Positions 54,512 through 64,000 of a stretch of DNA of 64,000 nucleotides are shown piece after piece. Every line of letters starts with the position of its first letter. Position 1 is the stretch's first letter. The notes below the pieces were generated by a model. It did not search any database. It saw only the letters and a list, made by a program, of their open reading frames with translations, and was not told the origin of the DNA. Made by a program: the position numbers and the translations under genes. This DNA comes from Nemertoderma westbladi (Eukaryota > Animalia > Xenacoelomorpha): the NCBI GenBank assembly GCA_032718475.1, contig JAUCBJ010004510.1, positions 1 through 64,000 on the forward strand, written 5' to 3'.

Positions 54512-55456
54512 ATGAATAATATTTTAAGATCAGTGATTTGTAACGGAAGTACCAAATCTTACATTTTTAATACTATATTATCGGCGGGTATAAACAGTAC
54601 CGGTAGTAGGTTCCCTGTGATCTCGCGTAAATTATTATCCCCGAATCGGAAACTAAATAATATGCAGGATTCAGAGCGTAGACATGGAGACGAAGATACC
54701 TCGACGGGAGAATCTGCGACTCGGATAACCCGACGGAAGGGACTGGAAGCGGGAATGGAGTACCACCGGTCGCTGTCTCTCGAACAACGTCGGGAACTCT
54801 ATCGGTGCGGGGATTCCTACCTACCGTTGGGGGAGCTGGATAGTTGGCCGAAATACAGCGAGTATATCGAGATCAAACGGAAGCTAAGTAAACCCGTGGA
54901 TAATCCCGATCTCTCTGCGGCAAAACGACCTTGTTCACCCGAGATAAACGATAAAATCCGCGTGTTTATCGGAGATTTAACTCGTCTCGAGATCGACTGT
55001 GTAGTGAACGCGGCTAAGAACAGTCTGCTAGGTGGGGGCGGCGTAGACGGAGCTATTCACCGCGCCGCCGGCGCCACTCTGCTCCAGGAATGCCGCACGT
55101 TGAACGGGTGCGAGACCGGATCCTCCGTAATCACCCTGGGTTACAACCTGCCGGCCCGTCACGTTATCCATACAGTTGGCCCGGTTGGGGAGCAACCCGA
55201 TCTCCTGGCTTCGTGTTACGAATCGAGTTTAAATCTCGCAGTTTCTAATTCTCTTCGCAGCATCGCCTTTCCTTGTATATCCACTGGTGTCTATGGTTAC
55301 CCGAACGGTAACGCTGCTAGGGTTGTACTCTCCACCGTTCGGGATTGGCTGGATCGTAACTATGACAATATTGACGCTGTTATATTTTGTTTATTTCTCG
55401 AAGTAGATATAGATTTTTACGGTGATTTATTGCCGGTTTATTTCCCCTTGGTGTGA
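54512..55456 (+). CDS. MacroD-type mono-ADP-ribosylhydrolase (MACROD1/2-like), single exon, 314 aa
   Basis: GDLTRLEIDCVVNAAKNSLLGGGGVDGAIHRAAG, VIHTVGP and AFPCISTGVYGYP. The basic, acid-free N-terminus may be a mitochondrial presequence. Confidence 0.9.
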   Translation: MNNILRSVICNGSTKSYIFNTILSAGINSTGSRFPVISRKLLSPNRKLNNMQDSERRHGDEDTSTGESATRITRRKGLEAGMEYHRSLSLEQRRELYRCGDSYLPLGELDSWPKYSEYIEIKRKLSKPVDNPDLSAAKRPCSPEINDKIRVFIGDLTRLEIDCVVNAAKNSLLGGGGVDGAIHRAAGATLLQECRTLNGCETGSSVITLGYNLPARHVIHTVGPVGEQPDLLASCYESSLNLAVSNSLRSIAFPCISTGVYGYPNGNAARVVLSTVRDWLDRNYDNIDAVIFCLFLEVDIDFYGDLLPVYFPLV

Positions 55457-56732
55457 AGAGAATGATTGCAATAACTACAAATAATAATAACGAACCTGTC
55501 TTTAGACTGGGTAGTTTTTGTCTAAAGCTGAGGCCGGCAAAAACACGATGGATATATTTACCTATATATTTACCTATATCACTATATATGTCACTATATC
55601 ACTCACTATGTATGTTCACCAAATGGCTTGAAACCACTTGCATGCATTGTAAAATTGTAAACGCAAGTATTTATCAATTGTTGTCTAGTTGTTGAATAAA
55701 AAAGTTGGGAACGATTCGAAGTGCGATATTCGAAATATTTGCATATTTTCAACATTATTGAACGCGAAATTAAATACCCACAACTCCCTTGCTTGAAATG
55801 TTTTTCAGGTGATTGATATTTAGCAATTATTATGAGGTTACTTACTACTGAAATCTGACAGAATGCCAAACGTATTATTATAGTTCTATCTCTATTCAGC
55901 CAGTTAGTAGTGTAAGTACATCATTTATATATCGTATGTATCTATAGGGCCTAATTGTCATCGTTATAATACTGTCATCAACTTAGGCTAAGCTCAATTA
56001 TAATGTAAAGGCTTAGTAGGTTTTGTATATCTGGGACGTTTACAACAGCTGTCGATTAAACTAACAAAACCATAAAACTGAACCAGGGTGGCTGCCAGCC
56101 GGGTACCAACGGCTGTTGGGTAGACTTAAGGGAACATTTCACAAACTTTCATAGGATGCTTGTACATGTACATTATATTGGTTGCTCCGATGTTTTTATT
56201 AGGCTAACTGAGAATGTATCAGGTATAAATACTGTAATTATAGTGTTCTTAATTTTATTTATCTAATACAGAAAAGACCCCTCCGCAGAATAAACTGCTC
56301 TTTTGGGCCGTTTCTCAGGTTGCGGATATGGATACCATTTCACACATCATCGTAGTAATTGTGATTATGATTTGTTTGCCTAGGCGAATGTGTATTACAT
56401 TAGATGGGAGGCAGTTTTTTGGTTGATGCAACTCATTCTTGGTTTGCATCTTCCAATCCCATCTGTTTCTTGGAGTCTGTGTAAGACAGGTTCGTTTAAA
56501 GCCATCTTGATGGCGTTCTAGTAATATATTTGAGATACGTTGTAATAGAATTTAAGAATACATTTATTATATATACTATAATAATATATTTATTCTCAAA
56601 TTGTTACTTTTTCGCTCGAATTTAAAAATCGGGTGAAAATGAAGTAGGTTTGTTTTTCCCTAGGGAAAAAAGTAATCCATAGGATACCAGTGGTAAATAT
56701 GACCCATTGATTTTACATATTTTCCACAGTTA

Positions 56733-56975
56733 AGGGGGGGGGGGGGGGGACTGGACGCAATAAAAATTCATCCTTCTCCAGGGGAAATTCGACGCAAATA
56801 ACAGCTGAATACTCTCAAAAATAAAACTGTAACCTGTTATATTGTATTTAGCTTATTGTTTTGGTTAAAATAACGTGCCACTTTAACCTGCTCCTTTCCC
56901 TAAATCGAGAATTTAACATTGAGGCGGGATATTAATTCGCCAAGGCGGGTTTTGCTTCCAGTTTCCTCCCCTGTC
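56733..56975. repeat. Dispersed repeat family (other copies or fragments at about 10660-10731, 20625-20790, 36117-36242)
   Basis: Shared AAAAATAAAACTGTAACCTGTT...TTTTGGTT block and CTGGACGC / TCTCCAGGGGAAA blocks. Confidence 0.6.
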
Positions 56976-59900
56976 TCATTTTCCCACAGAAAAAAGTAAA
57001 TAGAATATTTTTGGTGGAATTTCTAAAATTTTCTTACATGTGTTGAAAGAGCATCGAAGTAGAAAAGGTTGGCGAGTAATTTGAGCCAAATCCATTCACA
57101 CACCCAAAAGTTATTGCAACTTTAGTGTCTGCAAGGCGAACTCCAAAACGGAACTCAATATCCAATATTGGTTTAAGCGGCTCTCTAGTTACATAATAAA
57201 TATTCGAGAACACTAAATTATTTAACTGAGTAATAAGGCAGCATCAGTAGTGGGGTCGCTTAAGGCTGAAATATAGCAAAATCGTTAATTGCTGGACAAA
57301 AGCATGAAAATGTGACTATATATGTAAAAAAATGTGTAGATTAATCTGAGCCTGTGTACCAAAAAAATTGACTACTTCCCTAGCAACAGGGTGACTTTTT
57401 ATAGCAACCGGATACTTTTGGTCGTATCTGTTATTGAAACTCGCCATATAGTGAAATTACGATTATATTACTGGGTTGGTTTAAAAATAGAAGTCGAGTA
57501 CACGTTTCCATAGCAACAAGGTGACCTTTCCCTAGCAACCGTTGTATATTTAATGTAATTATGATTGAAACTTGGGATAAATAACCTGGCTGCAATAGAA
57601 GATGGTTAATAGTGTATTCGGGGCTGATACTCGTTTCCTTAGCAACAATATGACCTTTCTCTAGCAACTGCCTGCAATTCTGATTGAAATTTGGGATCAT
57701 GTTGGGATAATCAACCTGTATAGCAATATAAGGCACATGTGAAGAATACCAGACTTTCTGCTGTTATATTTCACTTTGCAGTTACTCCCTTGTGAAGAAT
57801 ACCAGGTTTTCACCAAAACCACATTTTACAGAAGGGCTGAATCTAACCAAAACAATAAACGAATTAGTATATGTACAGGTTATAAGAGAGAAATAAGCGC
57901 TATAAAACACTTAATAAAGATAAATTAAAAAAAATAAAAATCTCATATATAAAATTCCAATAAAAATTCGACCGAAAAGTGAAATCCTGGTATTCTTCAC
58001 GTGCGGCATGGGCGAATATAAGATTATTAGTAGTTATATTAGAGCTGATTGATACACGTTTCCATAAAAATATTTAAATTTATGGGAATAATGTGTGTTT
58101 ATAAAACTACAGTGTAAAAGTACAGTTAAAAATCCAAAAATGTAGCCACGGGCGGAGCTGATCCCGTAATAATAATAATATAATAGTACAATATGGATAT
58201 ATTTCTCTAAAAAATCTGTAAGAAGTACTGTACTTCCAATTTCAACAATTTTTTTACTATTTCACTTGCCAGGCCCAGATGCAATACGGTTTTAGAACAT
58301 CGTCATGCACTGAAAGGAGGCCAGAGGAACAAGATATCCTTGGCAATAACTTAAATCGTTCTAGAATGTTTCGCATATAATGAAAACAAACACAGATAAA
58401 TATAATACCAATACTACCGGTAGCTGTTGTTGTATTTTATTCGTGTAGGAAAATGGTCAATAATCAGAGTGTAATATAATAGTCATTTTGCGATTTTAGA
58501 ATTAGAATTATGATACAGAATAGTACATCATGGTACTAGTGAGCTGGTTATTGCTTATTCCCTCGAAATTAACATTATGTAACTTTTGTTTTGGTTTGTG
58601 GTTTGTATATATTTATTGGCACTACTTCGCCCTGTCGACAGCCTCTGTCAATTTTTTTAACCATAAATTTTTTTGTGTTTTTCAATGTTTTGTTTGGTAA
58701 TGGTGAATGTTCTAGAACCTTAAGTAGATATTTTTTTTAATAGCAGCTGCGTTTTTTTACTAGCTAGCATTTTTTGAAAATAAAAAAAATTTTTTGTTAA
58801 TATTATTAATTAGCTAGCGTTTTTATGAAGGTAGTGTTTTTTTTACTACAGTAGATAGTAATAGTAAGTATTTAAAATGTTTAAAACTGATTTTTTTAAT
58901 ATTTCGTTATTTATAGGTGTGGTTGGTTGGTAAACAAGCCTATATTTTTTATGGGTTTTATTTTATTATTCTTTCCAGCGACACTTTGCTGAATTTAGAC
59001 TCAGAAAACATACATATTGAGAAGGCTTTGTGGGGGTGTCATGGGGATACGTTGGATTGCTCTGGATGGGTTGAGTTGCTTGCAGAAGCAAATATTGCTA
59101 CTCATGGTGTAGCTGATTCTTTCCATAAAGTAGCACATATTACAAGGACTCGAAAAGCTCATCAAACAACATGACATTATTGCATTGACATTATTATTAT
59201 TGCATTATTATCATTGACATTATTGCATTACTGCATTGACATTATTGCAGATTGAATCCTTTTCAGAATTCGAGAATACAAATCACATTGATAATTATTC
59301 ATTTTCAGACTGGAGAGACTTAATGGCAACAGAACATCCAACCTTTCAGTTCTACGACTTCATTTTGAGAATTCAGAGGCTAATTCTAGTATTTATTCGA
59401 GCTCATAGAGAGAAAAATTTCCAACTATTCATAAGTTGTTTAGAGACTCTAGTTTTTTAGTTTAGACCATTACCACTACAGTCGATGGGTAAGTGTATTT
59501 CTGTTAGATATGAAGTCTCTCCCACAAACCATAATCGAAGTGTTTAATAAAGGAAATTGGGTTGCATCGAAGTCAAGTCAACGTTTCTCAGCTATACCTC
59601 TCGACCAAGCTCATGAACAGGAAAATGAAAAAGTTAAAGGTAGTGGTGGTGTGATTGGTCTTACTGAGAATGAAGCAGGATTTCGAAGGTGGCTCTTAGC
59701 CGGACCGGAACTTGCTAGATTGATTGGCAAATTCGAGACAACAATAGACTCAAGAACAAATCTGTCACTCACAGATAAAAAAAACACCATGAAGAAACGA
59801 TAGCTTTCCAAAAGTCATTTCAAAATGATGTCAATAATCTGGTAATTACCATTAAGGAACACGGTAACCCATTTATTCCAAAATCTGACAAACTCATATT

Positions 59901-60193
59901 GATACCAAGTCAAGCATATGCTCCTGACTCTGTAGTTAATACCAAACGTAAGATTGAAGAATGTGGCGCAAGATACAATATACTAATTTTGTAACTGATG
60001 TTTTGGTTAATAATGTAAGGCCGTTCAAAGATGTCATTAAATCCAACTCGTTTCAAACTTTTAAATCGCCTAGAATATCTAATGTAAAGAACAAACGCAT
60101 GTCTGAGGTTCGATCCGACGCATCATTGTTTGGAAAACTCTTTATTGCGAATCAAACCCGAAAAGGAGATCCGTCTGTCTTCTTTGCTCATGA

Positions 60194-60363
60194 CTTTCTT
60201 GAGACGCATCTTAAAGGACACTGGCCTTAAAGATGCGGATGATCTAGCAAATGTCATGGGTGATAGGGAGTTGTGGCGGTGCAATTTTGTTGACAAGCCG
60301 GCACAGCATTCTTAAAAATGTAGCTGCAATGCACCATGCCGATCCTAGTAGTAGTAGTAGTAG
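60194..60363 (+). mobile_element. RTE 3'-end insertion with (TAG)n tail
   Basis: TSD TGCTCATGA at 60185-60193 and 60364-60372; it splits the host FFAH-ENHPYPP motif and matches about 19448-19612. Confidence 0.88.
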
Positions 60364-60786
60364 TGCTCATGAGAACCACCCTTATCCACCTTCACTTTCA
60401 CAGTATGGTGACATCAATTATAAGACTAAATCTGACATATTAAAGGTTTTTGATACAACATATAGTGTTGATGTCCCTGAGTATTTTCATGCTAAAGTCT
60501 TTGATGCACCTTTCATAGTTCATTGCCTTCGACCTATAGGATGTTCCACCATACAAGACTATTTAACTAATAAAATAATACCTCATATAAAGCACAATTG
60601 AACAATTCTGACAGGGTTGACTTTGTTTTTGACAGATACTGCCATGAAAGCTTGAAAATGGGTATCAGAAACTTACGTGGTAGTGGAAACCAAGTTAACA
60701 TTAAGGATAAAACCAAAATTCCAGCAAATTCGATGGATTTCTTAAGGAACTCTAATAATAAAAACGAGTTGTTCAACTCGTTTCGA

Positions 60787-61881
60787 TTATCCCAAAATGG
60801 GCTCCATGGTCCCACGACCTTTACGGAACCCATTCTGATTTCCACAGAGCAGTCTCTCAATGGGATCCCTGATGCGATTTAATAGAATCCTATTGTATAG
60901 CTTTGCAGCAATCGAGATCAACGAGATTCCCCGAAAAGAACCATAGAGTGTTAGGTTGCCCTTCTTGGGAACTGGCACCAACTTATTTGTTTTCATTTCT
61001 TGTGGGACTCTTGTTGTTCGGTACATGTCTACTATGATGGGATAGATGAGCTTTAAACACTCAGGTATTTTAAAGACCTCAGGGGGAACACCATCTACTC
61101 CACTGGCACGATTGGTCTTAATGCTCTTTGCAGCAGCCTTCACTTCTGCAAAGGAGATATCGCCAATGGGAATATCCGGGAGTACAGACTCAGACAATTT
61201 TACTTCTATAAAGTTATCAGGCGATACCCTGTCATTATTGAGGAGCTTTTCAAAGTGGGCTTTCCAACCATTGAGGCGATCGGCTGGTGATTCAGCCTTA
61301 ACCTTGGTGGTTGGTTGGCTTTTCCGCCCAGTAAGCAGATTGATCGATTTCCATGCCTGGGATGATTGCCTGCTGTCGTCAGCATCATTGATGGCATCAA
61401 CCTGTTGGTTTATTAGCTCCTGTATATTAACAGAGTACTGCCTGTTCAGGGACCTAAATGCAGCCTTAACTGCATTCTTGGCCGCTGTAGTCTGTTTGAG
61501 TCGGGACTCTTTCTGCGCCTTATGAAGGTCATTTCGGCACTTCTGAATTTTGTTGTCAGTCCAGGGGGCCCTTTTCCTGTTTCGAGGGTATACAGGAACT
61601 GTTTCTGCAGCTGCTAACTTAACTGCTTCTGTAAAGGCAGTATAGCCCTCACAGTGATCTGCCGCCTCAGATGCAAGAGCCTCATACCTGTTGCTCAGCT
61701 GTAGTGTGAAGCTGGATCTCACACTTGGCTGTTGCAACAGAGAGGACCAGTCATGCCGCGGCAAGGCAGATTTCGTTGTTCTGCTAGCACGCAGACCAAG
61801 TCTTACCTTGGCCACAATAAGGCGGTGATCACTGGAGAAGGGTCGAAGTGTAAATGCATTACAGTCTTGTATAGAGCTCAT
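60787..61881 (-). mobile_element. Internal fragment of an RTE-like LINE ORF2 (end of endonuclease to start of RT)
   Basis: SSDHRLIVAKVRL, RASGVDGVPPE, VPKKGNL...FRGISLISIAAKLYNRILLNRI and QNGFRKGRGT; 364 codons open. Confidence 0.88.
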
Positions 61882-63864
61882 GTATTTCCTACGAAACAGA
61901 AATCAATTATTCTAAACGAGTTAATTATTGATGTATCGAAATCAATTATTCTATAAAAATACCCAAAAGGGAAATATATTTACTCAACATTGGAAGAAAA
62001 TGTGCTCTGTCAGGATAGTCGAGGCACCATTATGGGAAATTGCTCACACGAAGAAACTGTACATTATAGTACACATCCAGCATGCATTGTCAATGGGGGC
62101 TACAAATATCATTGTGCGCACGGGTGAAACAGACGTTTTAGTAATACTGATCGGAGTTCACTTTTATTTATTATCCAATCATCCCAGACTGAACATATGG
62201 TTAGCATTCGGTTCTGGAAAACATTTTAAATATTTCAATGTGAATAATATATCCCAAAAGTTAGGTGAGGACAAATCAAAGGGTTTATTGATGTTCCATG
62301 CCCTTAGTGGCTGTGACACCGTGTCCCACTTCAGAAATATTGGCAAAATAACTGCTTGGAAAACTTGGTTGGTACAATTCAATGCGAATTCAAAGCGTTG
62401 GAAAAATTTGTCATACGTATGGATGACAGAAAATCAAACAGAACGAGTATAAATAATACAAGACGGGATCTATTCACCAAACGCAACTGCGTGATTGATC
62501 GCTTGCCACCAACTCAACACGCCCTTTACCAACATGTGATGCGGGCTAGTTTGGGCAGTCTGCACACAGGACAAACCGATACTCCCTTCACCAGCGGATT
62601 TCGGTTGGGTATTTAATACTCAATGGAATCCCGTCTGGAGTTCACTTCCAGACGCTGCAACGATGTGCTACAAAGTCATTAAATGTGCATGCAAAAAGCG
62701 CAATTACACAAACTGCAAGTGTGGGAAGGCTGGGTTTAAATGCACTGAATTATGCACTTGCACTTGCTCTTGTTATTGATCACATATGATTCGTATAATT
62801 AAAAGAATTGGAATAACTATAATACTAAATAATTTTAATTTACAGTTTTCTGGCTGTGTATTTGATGTATAAACACGTTATCCTCATAAAGCCAAAAGTG
62901 CAATATTTTTTAAATATGGATATCACATTTTGTTACTATGGAGAAGTGCATTGCAGCTCCAATACAACTAACAACTAACCATCTTAATCTTATATTGCTA
63001 CACAACGCTGTTTATCCCCACTTTCAGTCTTAATTATACTAAATTTCAGGCAGTTCCTAGGAATAGGTCACCTTTGTTGCTATGGACACGTGTATCAGCG
63101 CCAATGTTATTACTAACAATCTTCTATTGCTAGACAGGTTGATTATCCCAAGTTTCAATCATAATTTCATTAAATATACAGCGGTTGCTAGGGAAAGGTC
63201 TCCTTGTTGCTATGGAAACGTGTACAGACTTATATTATAAACTAACCCAGTTAAATAATCATAATTTTTGTTTATGGCGAGTTTCAATAACAGAAATGAC
63301 CAATTTTACCCGGTTGCTATGAAAAAGTCACCCTGTTGCTAGGGAAGTAGTCAATTTTTTTGGTACACAGGCTCAGATTAATCTACACATTTTTTTACAT
63401 ATATAGTCACATTTTCATGCTTTTGTCCGGCAATTAACGATTTTCACCTTAAGCGACCCCACTACAGGAGTTGAAGAGTACAATAATTGTAATCGCAGTA
63501 ACTATACTGTATATTGTAAAATACTACACAGGTCAATTATTTTTGTAACACTCATTCTGTCATTTATTAAAAATTAAGCAATAAAAAAGTACCAATTTAA
63601 TATATATTTTTTTAATATTAACTCGACCCTTTATTAACATCGAAAATAATGGAAAAAGTATTTTTATTTCTGAGAATTATTATTCATATTTCTATATTTT
63701 CTTTATGCTCGTCACCAAAGCAATGAATGGGCAGTTTATTTGAGTATTATGAAGGACGAATTCTAGAATTATATTTATTGTAATGGGAAATTTTTAAAAT
63801 TATATTCTAGAACTCGGTTTTAATATTTTATTTAAAATAAAACATAGCAAAGGAGAAGGTTACA

Positions 63865-64000
63865 ACTACTACTACCACTATCGGGATGCTGCATTGTAAT
63901 TACATATATTAAGAATGCTGTGCCGGTTTATCGACAAAATTGCGCCGCCACAACTCCATATCACCCATGACATTTGCTAGATCATCCGCATCTTCAAGGA
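63865..64000 (-). mobile_element. RTE 3' end (continues beyond the window)
   Basis: Reverse complement of the 19.5-kb and 60.3-kb copies, with a (TAG)n-like tail. Confidence 0.85.

Larger units (their letters stand above)
58980..62780 (+). pseudogene. Frameshifted Academ transposase/XPG-like coding remnant
   Basis: Fragments HIEKALW, DQAHEQEN..VKGSGG..GLTEN, FFAH|ENHPYPPSLS, RVDFVFDRY, FHALSGCDTVS, LPPT and CACKK..CKC.K....CTELCTC; many stops and frameshifts plus two RTE insertions. Confidence 0.78.
57248..63464 (+). mobile_element. Academ (XPG-type) DNA transposon, internally deleted or decayed, with intact ends
   Basis: Termini TAGTGGGGTCGCTTAAGG...CCTTAAGCGACCCCACTA, imperfect TIRs of about 500 bp, 3-bp TSD CAG (57245-57247, 63465-63467). 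Coding remnants carry an XPG-like GCDT...IGKITAWK motif and a Cys-rich C-terminus. Confidence 0.85.

Noticed and set aside
973-56749. Scattered long poly(C)/poly(G) runs as functional G-quadruplex elements
   Set aside because: Most sit inside MITE or other repeat copies, and homopolymer length is unreliable in assemblies.
57248-63464. CACTA or Kolobok assignment for the large TIR element
   Set aside because: The CACTA motif is in the wrong orientation and the inverted repeat extends beyond the internal TTAA; TAG...CTA ends, a 3-bp TSD and the XPG-like motif fit Academ.

Overview
Eukaryotic (most likely invertebrate animal) genomic DNA, AT-rich and dense in transposable elements; not prokaryotic, and no CRISPR or rRNA. 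It holds six host genes: SLC35B3/PAPST2 (+, 7 coding exons, 8220-20362, 367 aa), an intronless 11.9-kb axonemal dynein heavy chain (DNAH12-like, -), a single-exon GLTP/CPTP-family gene (-), ERCC2/XPD (-, 3 exons, 760 aa), EFCAB11 (-, single exon) and a MacroD-type macrodomain gene (+, single exon). Mobile DNA includes an LTR-element remnant, tRNA-derived SINEs, an L2-like LINE nested in a foldback element, RTE and CRE fragments, a non-autonomous hAT, MITEs and an Academ (XPG-type) transposon with intact ends. The most striking signal is in two consecutive SLC35B3 introns. In each, the intron/exon junction itself (pyrimidine tract + AG + start of the next exon) is tandemly amplified: about 116 copies of a 42-bp unit and about 28 copies of a 41-bp unit. 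Only the last AG of each array gives an intact protein; every upstream copy gives a stop or frameshift, and some 42-bp units look like recursive-splicing ratchet points. The second major oddity is extreme intron loss (DNAH12 and neighbours) together with apparently newly gained, repeat-filled ERCC2 introns. All calls are from reading the sequence and recalled family motifs; no database search was run.
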